Positions 12,948 through 26,390 of a stretch of DNA of 64,000 bases are shown here, one piece after another (within the stretch, counting starts at the first letter, position 1; each line of letters begins with the position of its first letter). Below the pieces are notes generated by a model. The model was given only the letters and a program-made list of their open reading frames with translations, was not told where the DNA came from and ran no database searches. The translations under genes and the position numbers were made by a program. The stretch spans positions 34,844,001-34,908,000 of the forward strand of contig NC_043003.1 of the NCBI RefSeq assembly GCF_006345805.1. Reading direction: 5' to 3'. Source of the stretch: Octopus sinensis. Lineage: Eukaryota.

Positions 12948-13635
12948 CCCCTCGTCTTATCCTAATGGATTAATTGGATTATTGATATAGGCATGATGTT
13001 CTGGTGGTCATATGAGCTAAGTTTCTTTCCTAGCTTTAATTCAAGAATTTAGAATTGTATTGAATAATACTGAGTACTCATATTAATGCAGACATGTACG
13101 CATACTTTGTTGGATAGTGAAATTAATACTACATGAAGAAAGTTGTGAAACAGCTGTAACCTTTTAGAAGTCACGTTGACAAAAAAATTTATATTAATCG
13201 CGCCTATCACCTGATTTTATGTTTATATATGTGTGTTCCCGCAGGTCTGTATTAACCTTTTTACTAGGTTAAGTATATATGTAAAACCTTATGTATTTTT
13301 CTCTGTTTTTGTTATTTCGGTCAATCTTTTTGAATGCCTCTGTCTCAATGTATAGCTATGTAGCTGAGAGTATACGAGCAAAAATTTATAAGTTATAGAA
13401 TAACTCTGGTAATAAAAGATTTGAGAAACATTTAGGCGAGAAAGGATAACATTTGGAATGAATGAAAGCAAGACAAAGCAATCTGCGGGCAGCGAAGTAC
13501 ACACATGCCGAAAAGGAAGCAGGGAAGAGAGAAAAAGAGAGAGAGGAAAAGAGAGAGATGGTGGAAAGAGAGAGAGGTATAATTCAATTTTTCATTACTT
13601 GTGAAGAAGAATAAATGTTTGAAGTAATATAATTA

Positions 13636-13719
<84 letters not shown>

Positions 13720-14429
13720 CATGCATGCGTACATGCTCACATCATCCAAGCTGAAAGCTACACATAAAGCATAAAGCATCATAGGATGGGCGATATATTT
13801 CATTATGTTAATCTTTTTGAAAATTCAGTAATTTGAATACATTGTTGATTATCCTCAAACAACTTATTAATTTTAGAAAGCAGATATTAAAACTGGATGC
13901 AGGCTACATAAGAGGTCTATGGTAGCCCTTTATTTTTTTACAAAACATAAATGAATGTAATTGATATTGAATACTAGTAGCATGATTGCAAAGTTATAAA
14001 AGCAACATATATGTATCATATTCATATGCACACACACACACACACACACAAACACACACATTCATATGCATACATTCCTTCCTGTGTATATGTGTGTATA
14101 AGTGCATGTGCGCGTGCATAGATACATGCATACACACAACAGGAAAATGCTTTGAGAGATTTATCATGGACAGGATAAAAGAGGTGTTTACATTTGAATC
14201 AATGCATGCTACCCGTTTCAGTCGCTTAAGAGGAAGATTCAGTCACGCTGAAATGAAACAGAAATATTGTAAATTCATTTAAACTAATCTCCCATGATAT
14301 CATTTCTCGCAGTTCCCATATTTTTCTATCAAAAGTCGCATGGTTTTGAAATCCCTGATTTTTACTGGGCTTTTGTAGTTATAGTAGCAGCATCAGCGGC
14401 TATTGATTATAACTGCAACAGTGATGGCA

Positions 14430-14500
<71 letters not shown>

Positions 14501-14876
14501 GCATACGTGCGTACGTCTGAGTGTTTATAAGTTTTATACTTATGCAGGTAATGTAACGCTTTTCATATTTCAATATGTCCATATGAGTGAACACTGAAAG
14601 ATAAGCTGTGGCGGGATCCCGGATAGTTGATTAACATATGCACTATCTAGAAAGTAGATTGAGTGTATCGTTTGGTGGAAAGGTCAAACCAAACAAGTGT
14701 TACATTTGATAAACTCATCTTAGAACGCCTGAACCAGTGATGAAATTCGAACTTAGTATCTTTCTACCATTAAACCAATCCCAGTATTAATTCAGTGAAC
14801 GGTACTTATATATAATTAAAAATGCAGGCATAGATATTGCTCAAGAAATCAAAATACAAGTATGCCTGTATGCAGT

Positions 14877-15210
14877 AAGTTAAAGTTAAGTTAATTTTTT
14901 GGCTCAAAAAGCAAAAGCAAGGCCATGTAGGGGGACATGGAGTTATGTACAGGGAGGGTGTTCATGCAAAGAGTTCAGGCCATTTCTGGTCAAGACAGTC
15001 TTTGAACCGAGGGGTCGTCGGCATCTTCACTATCTCGTCCGGCAGCTTATTCCACGGATCCGCAACCCGGACGGAGAAAGCCCGTCTCCTTCGTCACAGA
15101 TAGAGCTTTTCGGAGTGAGTTTATTATTGAGACAAGTTTTAAAAGATCGCAGAACAGGTAGCATGTTTTTCTTTTCGTGTGTAGGCACAAACGCCAGCAA
15201 CTTTTAAACG
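14877..15210 (-). mobile_element. CR1-clade LINE 3' end relic
   Basis: Minus-strand translation RRAFSVRVADPWNKLPDEIVKMPTTPRFKDCLDQKWPELFA* (stop at 14962-14964) fits the CR1 ORF2 C-terminal pattern FSxRVxxxWNxLP...FKxxLD. Short 3' UTR ending in a (TAACT)n-like tail. Confidence 0.85.
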
Positions 15211-16774
15211 GGGCAATATTGGACACAGTTGCTTAACTGAATGAATTTATAAATTTTAGTGACGAAATGCAAACTATATAGGGTGACTATGCTCACTACA
15301 CATTGGTACAAATCTTAAATGGATCGTATTGATGGCCAATATTTGCAGCAGAGAAGCACATTTGTAAAAAAAGTAAAAACTAAAAACTGTTGGGCTCCTC
15401 TGGTCGCAATATAATATAACATTGTTTGAGTAACAGAATATGACACGTAGAGTCGTGTATATTCACAAACAAAGTATATATAAATACGAAATAAATTGAA
15501 AGCATTTTCGTATAGGTAGCTCTTTCTCTCTTCTGCACTCTCCTATACAGCACTAGTCGTTAATGTGCTTGCGTCAACGGCGATTTGAGCTATACATTAT
15601 ATATACTGAATAGGCAACTGTTCATGTAAATATTCATTCACTAGGGGACTAAGCACTACAGTCCCAATCACTGAACCACAGCTAATCTGTTGACAATAGA
15701 GTCAATTACAATAAGAGTAGTGAAATTATAGAAGATGAACATAATTATAAATGCGTTAGGGATGAATACCATACTAGTCATTTGGGTGTCATTAAAGACA
15801 GCTATAGCGGTATTGCCATAATGTTATGGTGGGTGTTAGTAGAAGTTGTAATCTTCCTGGCAGAAAAGTTGGTAAGGTAATGTTAGTTAAAATGTTCCTG
15901 GTACGGGCGGTAGTAACAATATTTGCAGTATTTCCTCGAATCTGGTTGGGATAGATGTGGGTGTGTGTGGAGGAAGTTGTATGGGTTCTGATGGTGATGC
16001 CATATAACAGTCTGAAAGGCATATAGTTGCCTATGCACAGGTCAATGCACGTAAATGTACATTGCACACGCAAATAGTCTGTCTCACGCAACTGATAGAT
16101 ACAGACATACAAGATCAGATGAGAAGAAACTATCAGATGCGAAAGACGATTTGAGCAGAGTAGAAGATAGCATTTGTAAACATTCATTTGCAGTCAACTT
16201 AGGTATTCTGAGTAATAGTGCTAAGTGGTGGTCAGTGTGGGAAGAGACGATTTGTCTGAGCAAAATGACAGTCGCAGATTAATGGGAAGACTGACAGCCG
16301 CCGCTAAATGTCCAATTGTCTGCCTGACTACATGGCAGTCTGCCTGTTTGGCTGTCTTCATCGCATGGAGATGGATGGTGAGATGAAGAGATAGAAAACT
16401 GGAAAAATTGTTATTGATTATTGCTAGATAAATAAAGAGGCATACAGACATACCAGCTGATGAACATTCAGCCCGGTGCAGTGATAAATTAGGATATAGA
16501 TTGAGGGATAGACAAACATGCAGACGGTTGCAGATACATACAGAGGTGTAGCCAGTATTGAATTTTCAGTAATTTTTTTTTTATTCTTACATACACATAC
16601 AAGTATAGTTTGATAATTCCATAAACAGGCTACAGGACAAATTGACTGATTCCAAAGTATTGTGTAGGTATACTAGTGAACATTCAGGATAACAAGCAGA
16701 TGAAGAAAAACATAGCTACGCAAGTGCATACATCTCCACCCATTCACACATATATATTTATGGAAAATACTTAC

Positions 16775-16816
16775 CTGTAAAGATTGGAATCCTCGAATTA
16801 TAAATCATGCCATAAC
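16775..16816 (-). other. Candidate 42-nt internal exon (phase 1-1) of an unidentified gene
   Basis: Minus strand TTCCAG|GTTATGG...TTTACAG|GTAAGTA. Strong donor, plausible acceptor, one open frame (G)YGMIYNSRIPIFT. No homolog recognised. Confidence 0.3.
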
Positions 16817-17072
16817 CTGGAACTATGTAACGTATAATCTAGTTTTCTATCATTTTCTTTTCTTTATGTACGTTTGTATGTTTATATGTGTGAGCATGCG
16901 TTTGTCTGTGTGAGCGATGTATCTCTGTCGTTGAGCTATGAGCAGTTGGTTATTCGATCAACTTAATTACCTGGTACTGAATTCAAATGTAAGTGACAGT
17001 GCGTTCTACATAAAAAGGGTATCAACGTAATTCACAGACAGAATCAACATGATACAATATGCGAGACAATAC

Positions 17073-17315
17073 TATAATCCAGCTGATGGCCATCTACAGA
17101 GTTTCAGCTTACTCAGTTTCTCTCAGATGCCATGAGCCGACCGGAGGCTACTAAAAACTATCCGTCTTCGTAACATAGTAGTTCGGTAAAATATACAGAG
17201 AGATTAATACCAAGCCTTAATGAAATATGTACTGCGGTCGATTTGTTCCAATACATTTTTCTAAGTGTCGTCCCAGACTGGCCGCTCTTCAATAACAGAA
17301 ACAAGTAAAAGTAAA
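17073..17315. mobile_element. Degraded SINE family B fragments in opposite orientations
   Basis: 17073-17155 resembles the minus-strand CORE-adjacent segment; 17165-17315 resembles the plus-strand 3' half ending GAAACAAGTAAAAGTAAAAA. Confidence 0.5.
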
Positions 17316-17323
17316 AAATTAAT

Positions 17324-17358
<35 letters not shown>

Positions 17359-17610
17359 GACACATACACACATACACACACATATAATATATATATCAAA
17401 ATGTGTGTGTTTATAAGCTCATACATGCACACATGCATGCACACTCAAATGCAGAGGCGTATTCACAGCATAATAACAGTATATACATAATAAGCAGTAT
17501 ATGTAGTAGCATAAAGAAGTCAGAACGCTCGCGGAACCCACGTATAGAATACAGAGTGTGTGGGTGGTATCTATCTATCTACCTATCTGTCAATCTATTT
17601 ATCTATCTAT

Positions 17611-17692
<82 letters not shown>

Positions 17693-17842
17693 CACACACT
17701 CATGTATATATATATATAATATATGGCCACTCGCTTACCCAGTGGGATGGCGTCATTCGAAGGCTAAAATAATGCAAAGCGCGTTGTGACTAGCGATGTG
17801 TAGCAACATCTGATAGCCTGGTCGGTCACGGTGATCACGGTG

Positions 17843-17900
<58 letters not shown>

Positions 17901-19168
17901 AAGGGGCTAGACAAAATAATGGAAACACCTAGCATCATAGCATCATATTTTGAAATATCTATAAAACCGTCAAAAGCCTGGTTATTTATATGTTTTTTTT
18001 TTATTTATTTTTAGTGTTGCTTAATATGTTTTGTTAAAATTGTAGTTTCTTTTCAGGTATCATCAGAAAAAGGTAATTAGAATTCATTGAAATGACGAAT
18101 GTATGAGACTTTCAAAGAGTTCAAATTGTTTATGCTCTAGCGTAACGAAAACAGCTGAAATGTTTGGTGTTTCAAGAAGTACTGTCTCGAAAGTAATGAC
18201 AGCCTTTGAGAAAGAGGAGAAAACATCATCGTCGAAACAAAACTCCAGAAGAAAACCAAAACATTCAGATAGAGACCGCCAAACTCTTACGTGAATTGCT
18301 GGAAAGGATCACTAAAGTACAGCTCCCAAAATTACTGCAGAGTTTAATGACAATCTCGAGAACCCAGTTTCCACAAAAACTGTTCGCCGGGAGCTGCACA
18401 AAGCTAGATTTCACGGGAGGGATGCAATCAGAAAACCACTACTTTCAAAAACAAACGTTACCAAGCGTTTAGAGTGGAGTAAAAACCTACAGAATTGTTT
18501 CATAGAGCAGTGGAAGAAAGTTATTTTCTCGAACGAAACATCATCTACCTTATTTCCGACCACCAGCCCAGTATACCTGTGGACTCAGCCAATAGAAGCA
18601 TTTGACCCAGACTGTTTTCTTCCAATTGTTAAACATGCAGGAGGATCTGTGATGATCTGGGGGAGGAGGCTATATCTTGGAAATCCGCCGGCTCAATGGT
18701 TTCCCTTCATGGCAGAATTAATAGTCAAGACTATTTAAGCATTTTATCTGATCAAATACATCCTATGGCTGAGGAACTGTATCCGGAGGGAAGCGCAATC
18801 TTTCAGGATGATAATGCACCAATTCACACAGCTGAAGTTGTTACTGAATGGCACGAAGAACATTCTAGTGAAATTGAATATCTTATCTGGCCAACGCAAT
18901 CCCCAGAACTCAATATTATTGAACATTTATGGTGCATTTTTGGAAAACAAAGTAAGGAATCGATATCTTCCACCATCATCACTACAGGAACTGGAGACTG
19001 TTTTAACTGAAGAATTGACAAAAATTCCTTTGGAAACAATTCAAACTTTATACGAGTCCATACCTCGTAGAATTCAAGGTGTAATTACTGCCAAAGGTGC
19101 TCCTACCTTATATTAAAATAAATTTGTATGAAATTTTAAGTTGGTTCCATTATTTTGTTCGTCCACTG
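17901..19168 (+). mobile_element. Tc1/mariner DNA transposon, full length (1268 bp), DD36E (Incomer-like)
   Basis: TA on both flanks (17899-17900, 19169-19170). Imperfect TIRs of about 30 bp (22/30 identical, shared core ACAAAATAATGGAA). Internal transposase relic. Confidence 0.92.
18092..19116 (+). pseudogene. Tc1-family transposase pseudogene (stops and frameshifts)
   Basis: HTH segment SVTKTAEMFGVSRSTVSKVMT; VSTKTVRRELHK; KVIFSNET (first catalytic D mutated to N); VKHAGGSVMIWG; FQDDNAPIH...WPTQSPELNIIEHLW; C-terminus LYESIPRRIQGVITAKGAPTLY*. Confidence 0.92.
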
Positions 19169-20160
19169 TATGTATGTATACATGTGTCCATGTGTTTAAA
19201 TAAGTATAAACAAGCATGTGTAAATGCAGATATAACCTACCTACTTACATGAGGCATACATACATGTACACAAACATAAACATACGTACATACTACAGAA
19301 ATACACACATGCATGCATATATTCATACATCATGCATACGTCTTTATAGAAACTGCTGTGCTATCCAGGATATTATTCTCACGTCGAACGACGTCTCCCC
19401 ACTTCCAGTTACTGAATTACATTTAGTGTAAGTCACGTCTCAGAGATACGTTCAGTCCTTTCGAAGTCATCCGTAATAAACATTGATTATATCTCTCCAG
19501 ACAGACAGTATCTGCTCTACATACGATTCTGTTTCCGTTTTCTTCTTCCTGACACCTGTCTCCTTACATATCTTTTATAACATCATTATTTTTGCCAACG
19601 CAGCACCTTCGCCATTCAAACAGAATTTTTATTTTCTATGTGAATTTGGTCGCTGGAAGAAAATTCCAACTAGACATTCATGGATAGGTGATTTTTCTCT
19701 TCTCCATTTTTTTTCTACTCGAAATCATGTTAAGTTCAGCAATATTAGTCTTTAAATTTAGGGTATTGTGCCGATAACAAACAAGTACAGACTGAAATGG
19801 TATAACAGTGAGAATTTAATGAAAAAAGAAAAAAATTCATTAAATGTGTTCGAGATAATTGCTATGATACTAGGAGCCTACGTAGCAGAATTTCTTTCTG
19901 TCAGATAATCAGCGAACTCAGGGTTTAACAGCATGTTACTAATTTTGTGAACAAGAAATTATATATTTGCACAAGTTCAGTTTCGGCTATGAGTAGCCAG
20001 ATCAATTTTGCAATGTCTACGCTATTAACCCAGAAATGATTATTGTGTTTATGAAATTCTCAGTGTAATCGTTGTTTTGGTAGTTTAATGGGTATAGTAT
20101 ATTAAATTTCAAAGCAGCATTCGATACGTAATACCAAAATATTAATTTCAAACTTTGCAA

Positions 20161-20355
20161 AAAGGCCAGCAATTTCGGGGGAAATGGTAAGTCGGTTACA
20201 TCGATCCTAGTGCTCAACTGGAACTTATTTTTCGTCTCTGAAAGGATGAAAGGCAAAGTCAACCTCAGCGGAATTTGAACCCAGAATATGAAGACGGACG
20301 AAACATGTTAAGTATTTCGCCCCGCGTGCTATCTATTCTAGCAGCTCACCGCCCT
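20161..20355 (-). mobile_element. SINE family A copy
   Basis: GAAAGGATGAAAGGCAAAGTCAACCTCAGCGGAATTTGAACCCAGAA; head ends GCAGCTCACCGCC. Confidence 0.85.
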
Positions 20356-20424
20356 ACGTCATACCAAAATACCAATAAATAAATTGGTAATGTTTTTCCT
20401 TGCTATTTATGCATGGATTTTTGT

Positions 20425-20550
20425 TCTTATATTCTTTTATATTTCAGCCATGGAGCCGCTGCCATGCTGGGGTCTGCCATGAAAGTTTTAGCCGATCAAA
20501 TCAAACTACCAGTAGTTATACTAAACCTCTTATATTTCTAACGGTGTCTT
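20425..20550 (-). mobile_element. Degraded SINE family B 3' fragment
   Basis: TTTCAGCCATGGAGCCGCTGCCATGCTGGGG resembles the reverse complement of the family B tail. Confidence 0.45.
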
Positions 20551-21080
20551 TTTACGTTATGGAAGGCAAAAAACTTACACCGGTTTTCAAACGGTGAAAA
20601 ACAAAAGCAAATCTTCATCCATGCATGTATATGTGCGCATGAGTATGTATGCATATGTTCCTACATAGATAGGCACATGCATACTCACACACAAAAGCAC
20701 ACACACTCACACATACACATAAACACTCATATATGCATAGACGACGATCCTCCACACAGCTTCTGCCTACTAAATTCATTTAGAAGCAACGTGAAGAGTT
20801 ACTTAACATTTGTTAAGAAATGCTTCACGTTGCAAGTAAAAATTCATTTTTACTCACAATGTCCCGATAAAACAAAAGCATTAAACACACAAACGTGAAC
20901 AATAACTAAAATTTATAGTGAATTTACTTGTACATAAATAATAAGAAATTTAGATCGTATGTAAACAATGAGAAATTTAGAGAAATAAGAAATTCAGAGA
21001 AATTTTCTAATAATAGTAGTTTTCCAGTCATGTGACATCCGCTTTATGTGTACACACACTATCAAATGCCGCCCACGATA

Positions 21081-21132
<52 letters not shown>

Positions 21133-21503
21133 GTATATATAAGTACAAAGTAAATTATATATCTTTATACAGCACAACCATTTGAGTAAAATTCTTTGGT
21201 CTTTCGTGATTGTGAATATTCATGTAATGAATTTTCATTCAAAATGGTAATTAGCTACATTGACGTCTTGGAGTTGAAGAATAGTAGTTGTGGAGTTCAT
21301 GGCTTTCCCAAAGGCATAAGCGGAGTAACTAAGTTGAATGACTACAAAGGGTAATCAAATCTAGTTTGCAGGCTTTCTTCACAAGAAGAAAACCATCTTT
21401 GCAACACCGTTCACCACATTAATATGTATTACATATATACTTACGCATATATATTCACATATGCTTGCATATGCGTTTATATGCTTCAAGACACACACAC
21501 ACA

Positions 21504-21590
<87 letters not shown>

Positions 21591-22728
21591 ATAAACATAT
21601 ATACTTTATATGTTAAACCTCTTTATATATACCACTGCGCGTTCTCACACTGTCCTACAAACGACTATATATACATAGGAACAGATTCCGCACTCATTCA
21701 CACATTAACATTTGCATGCATACGAACAAAATTATATACGCACACAGACACACACTCACACACACACACATACACTCACACACATATATAATCAATTGGA
21801 AGCATTATTAGTTGGTAAAGCGTGAACATTAATAATAACTGATCTAGAATCTAGCGCCAAAAACCCAGGTTATTAATGCTGCTACTCAACAAAGAGCTCG
21901 ATTGCGATATCCTATTTACACGGGTACTCTCTTTGTTATTATTCGAATTATTCTCTTAAATCTCAAATGGCTAGAACTAAAATCTCTTGTGGTCTTGATA
22001 TATTGACCTCCTCTTCCACTTCACTCTACTGGACATTGCTCCCTTATGTCTCATCAAATTCTTTAGAAGTGGATTGGACACTGCAATTCACCACTTAGTA
22101 TTGGTGCAATGGATTTTTCGCTACGGATTGGGATATGCGATTTGTAAGGAAGTAGTAGTACAGTGGTGGTAGGAGCGATGTTGTCTTTATTCTTAATGTT
22201 GAAGCTGAAGACAAGAGTGGTGGTGGTAGGGTTAGCGGTAATGTTACTGTCGGAGGAGTTTGCAACGAAAATGAGATTGTTATTCTTTTTGTTAATAGCG
22301 TGATGTTGGATATAGCGGTAATAGCATTATTGTTGTTATTGTTTTGGTTATGAATAGTGTTAATACTTGATGTCGGTTGAGTTGGTGCTAATGCTTGTAA
22401 TTGGTGTTGCTATTTGGAGATATCTAGTGTTGCTGGAAGTCGTGGCGGAATTATTGTTTTTGCCGATTTTAATTTTAGTGTCAGTGAAGGAGATGTTTGT
22501 ACGGGGGAGATGTGGGCTTAAGGTTTTTAATTGTAGTCGGTAATGTACCAATCTATCCATTGTTCTAGATATTGGTAATGTAGGAAGTTTTCTGTTGGGG
22601 TTTTACATTGGGCAATGCAGTTTGTATATGTGAATGTTAGGCAACCTGATCTTCGATCTTAAACATCTAATGATATTGACTGTAATTGCAAATTTGGTTA
22701 TACAGGTGATGCTTCGGTTTCGGTTATA

Positions 22729-23068
22729 AGACGCAGGAGTGGCTGTGTGGTAAGTAAATTGCTTACCAACTACATGGTTCCGGGTTCAGTCCTACTGCGT
22801 GGCACCTTGAGCAAGTGTCTTATACTATAGCCTCGGCTGACCAAAGCCTTGTCTGTGTTCCCCCCCCCACATCACCACCACCATCATCGCTTGACAACCG
22901 ATGTTGGTGTGTGTACGACCCCGCAACTTAGCGGTTCGGCAAAAGTGACCGAGAGAATAAGTACTAGGCTTACAAAGAATCAGTCCTGGGGGCGATTTGT
23001 TCGACTAAAGACTGTGCTCCAGCATGGCCGCAGTCAAATTGATTGAAACAAATGAAAGAATAAAAGAA
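22729..23068 (+). mobile_element. SINE family B copy (internal deletion)
   Basis: GCAGGAGTGGCTGTGTGGTAAG (A box), GGTTCCGGGTTCAGTCCTACT (B box), CCTTGAGCAAGTGTCTT (CORE-like), tail GTGCTCCAGCATGGCCGCAGTC...GAAAC. Confidence 0.9.
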
Positions 23069-23789
23069 TTAAGGAATATGTGACAAAGCGAAGGTGTGAA
23101 ACTTTTCGTAGTTGTTGAAAATATTGTTAATATACGAGGTGTGCATGTGTGTGTGTATGTGTGTGTGTAATGTTAGTAACGATGTTAATATTGGTACTGT
23201 ATGGTAGTGCGGTGGTGATATCAGTGTTAGTGGAAGATATCAGTGCTAGCGGAAAATGTGAAAAAGCTGTTTCTGGAAATCATGGCGTTTTGATTCTAGA
23301 TGAAATTGATGGCGTTGAGGATACTGTTTGGTCTAAAAGATGTCGGAGACGGTGATAAATCAGGGAATGCCTAAAGACCTACTGCTGTTTATTGTCAGGA
23401 AAGAATGTCATTATGAAGTAACAATGCTGTTGCTACCGCTACCAAGTGTCGGCTATGAATTTATTGTTGTTTTTGTTGCCGACACTGACAAGGATCGTGG
23501 TGGTAATGAGAAGACACCTAACGCAAAAATGAAGGAAGAGGAGGAGGTTTGTGAAGGAGGGTGTCGAGGTGAAGGGTGAGGAGGAGAAGAGTGACAGGGA
23601 GAATTGGGAGAAGAATGAGAAGCGGAGGAAAGATGGGGGGGGGGCGAACAATGGATTATTGGAAGTGTGCGGGAGCGGGGAGGGTTGAAAAACAGTTGCA
23701 TGAGCTGATGACAGTAATATTTTAAAGATTATTGCCAGTGCCTCTTGTGGTGATCTCACTGCTACGATGACCAACACCACGACCACTCT

Positions 23790-23818
23790 CACTGCTATCA
23801 CCACCACCACCACCACTA

Positions 23819-23851
<33 letters not shown>

Positions 23852-23885
23852 TTACAACAACTACTACTGCTGCTGCAACTATTAT

Positions 23886-23916
<31 letters not shown>

Positions 23917-23918
23917 GA

Positions 23919-23952
<34 letters not shown>

Positions 23953-23965
23953 GCTGCTGCAGCTT

Positions 23966-24005
<40 letters not shown>
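23790..24005. repeat. (CTA)n/(CTG)n compound trinucleotide tract
   Basis: Direct reading; gives the poly-T/A ORF at 23767-24090. Confidence 0.9.
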
Positions 24006-24007
<2 letters not shown>

Positions 24008-24341
24008 TCTCTGCTAATGCCGCCCTTGCTATTGATTCTGATGATAATGTTATTGGCTATGGTGATCGTTGCTGTCAGAACGTTGAATAATGTGCTTATA
24101 CTGATAATAAATGTATTAAAGTTAAGAATAATTAAGCTAGTATTGATATTGTTTTTATCATTCCTATTTTTAAAGTCAGTAGGCTTGTAACTTAAGGAGA
24201 ATTTGGCTGCTGTTACTAGTAGGTCGTGTGTCTACATACAGGCTTCCCCTCCATCTTTATGGCTTTCGTAAAGCCAGATATACTAGAGTCATGATCGCCA
24301 ATGTTACTCACTAGTAGGTTCTTATTCTCAAGGTAGATGGT

Positions 24342-24640
24342 GAAAACAGTATAGTTACCGTTGAAATCACCGAAGATTTCGACCCTCTCTCAGACGTAAT
24401 GTCATAGGAAAAGTATCCAAAAAAGGGCTCCATAAGCCACTCGTCTCTTGGATCCGTGTTTTCCTCTCAAATCGCACCATTGTGAGATGTCTTAATAGAA
24501 TACACTCTAAGCCATATTCTACAACGTCTGGTGAGTGTCAAGACTCAATTTCGCTCTCCACACTCTCCTGCGTGCCGACGATATACTTAACATCCACTCC
24601 AACAACACCAAAAATTTCACAAATTATAAAACACTCTCCC
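24342..24640 (+). mobile_element. Decayed non-LTR reverse transcriptase fragment (CR1/L2/Jockey-like)
   Basis: Translated pieces ENSIVTVEITEDFD (cf. xxxALDISKAFD), WIRVFLSNRTI (cf. WIxSFLSNR), STTSGECQDS (cf. SGVPQGS), in the correct order and spacing. Confidence 0.6.
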
Positions 24641-25314
24641 CGTCAAATACTACAGGCAGGAGTCACCCCAAAAAGTAATCCTCAGACTGGAAACTGTTTG
24701 GAAAACATGCACTAGATTTTATCTGTCTCAATATTTCTGTTCAAATTATTTCAGGGACCTTGACTGAAATATTTCTAATGATATTTCATGACATATATCA
24801 ATCATGTCAAACTGTTGTATGTTACAATCTCATGGGCTAGCATTGTTCATTTTTTTTCTATTGCTGGTATTGTAATTTTTTGTCTACTTTATACCCAAAT
24901 AAGTCTGATCGAGCAGGCACATGAAAAGGTCGTCCGGTCCGTAACTATTTCCCCCTTTTTATAAACATGGATATCATTATTGAATGTTCTATTCTTCGTA
25001 GATACCAGAATTTGATCTTGCCAATATTTGGCTACTAATTGTGGCGAGTCACACGAATAGCTCTTATTATTATTATTATTAGATATATATATTGTAGGTG
25101 TGCAAGTACTGTAGTTTGGTCATATAATTGTTTTATTCTTGTTATGATTGCATTCAGGCCCTTTATGTTTGGATTAAAAAAAAACGAAAAGATAGAAAAC
25201 AGCATCACGCAAATAAAACAAAATGCTAATTAAATACTCGAGTCAACATGATCGAATATTCCTATTTTCAAAATGTCTGTTCATGTGCTTATATCATTAT
25301 TATTATTGTTGTTA

Positions 25315-25490
25315 ATGCGGCGAGGTGATAGCCCACCAGGCAAAATGCTTTATGGTATTTCATCTATCTCTACGTTCTGAGTTCAAATTCCACCGAAGTC
25401 AAAAGAATAAGTACCAGATGAGCATTGGGACAATGTAATCGACTTAGCTCCACCCTTGAAAAGGCTGGTTTGTGTCAAAATTTGAAACCA
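25315..25490 (+). mobile_element. SINE family A copy (deleted centre)
   Basis: GCGGCGAGGTG...CGTTCTGAGTTCAAATTCCACCGAAGTC...ATAAGTACCAG...GTAATCGACT; preceded by (ATT)n. Confidence 0.75.
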
Positions 25491-25529
25491 TTAATTCTTA
25501 CTATGATTTTTTTTTTGCTCTTGGAAAAG

Positions 25530-25735
25530 CTGCTTGTCAGTAGAATCGGACTAATTCTTAGTGCTATTTCTTCTGACTGTTTACGTCCTGAGATTCTCAG
25601 TTCAAATCCTGCTGAGGCCACATTTACCTTATTTTGCCCTGTCAGGGTAAATAAAATACATACCAGTAAAGTACTGCAGTCGATGTATTCGACTATTTAC
25701 CCACTCTCTAAAATTAACGGCCTTATTCTAAAATT
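25530..25735 (+). mobile_element. Old, diverged SINE family A copy
   Basis: CAGTTCAAATCCTGCTGAGG...GGGTAAATAAAATACATACCAG...GTCGATGTATTCGACT. Confidence 0.6.
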
Positions 25736-25740
25736 ATTAC

Positions 25741-25925
25741 TATCTTGGTTTGTCTCAGGTTCGGTCTGATTCGGTCTAATACCTGTAACCTCAAGAATCC
25801 ACACGTTTTCAGCAGACTTTCAAGTGCTTAGGACACTCCTGATAATCATTGCTGTCCGTAAGAGACAAACATTCTGTCGGAGTTCTACCAGGCATTCTAT
25901 TTCAATCTCCCTTAGCTATTTTTCT
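25741..25925 (-). mobile_element. R4/Dong-like (restriction-like endonuclease) non-LTR 3' end relic
   Basis: Minus-strand translation IECLVELRQNVCLLRTAMIIRSVLST* (stop at 25820-25822) matches the R4/Dong terminal motif QKxxLLGTAxIIRKVL. Confidence 0.65.
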
Positions 25926-26023
25926 ATATCTTGTGAATATCATTTGTCTATATATATTATATATATATTATCATTTTCATTAGCATTTTCTTTCAATTCC
26001 GTTTCCATTTCTTGTCGAGTGTC

Positions 26024-26072
<49 letters not shown>

Positions 26073-26073
<1 letters not shown>

Positions 26074-26341
26074 TTTTTTTTTTTCTTCTTTCAAACTTGC
26101 TTCCATTTCTTGCCGAGTGTCTTCCCGACTCCTAGGACAAAGAAACTCATAGTATACATTGGTAGGCCATTATACCAAACTCAGTAGTTCGTTCATTTTT
26201 TTTTTTTTTTTAAGTTAAATTAAAATACATGAGCAGCAACAGCTCTCACATCGACAATGCTCTTCTCAATACGTGTGATGTACCAGTTAAGACAATCTTT
26301 TGCACTTCTTGCAGGGATGGTAAGCCAGGGATCATTCTCAT
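26073..26341 (-). mobile_element. R4/Dong-like non-LTR 3' end, 5'-truncated, in (AAT)n
   Basis: Minus-strand translation MIPGLPSLQEVQKIVLTGTSHVLRRALSM* (stop at 26246-26248), 3' UTR, (AAT)n on both sides on the element strand. Confidence 0.85.
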
Positions 26342-26390
26342 ATAATTTTTATTATTATTATTATTATCATAATTATTATTATTATTATTA

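Noticed and set aside
22360-22620. Possible Penelope RT fragment (ISFTDTKIKI)
   Set aside because: Single weak motif resemblance with no YxDD; not supportable without an HMM search.
23767-24090. Mucin-like poly-Thr ORF
   Set aside because: (CTA)n/(CTG)n microsatellite.
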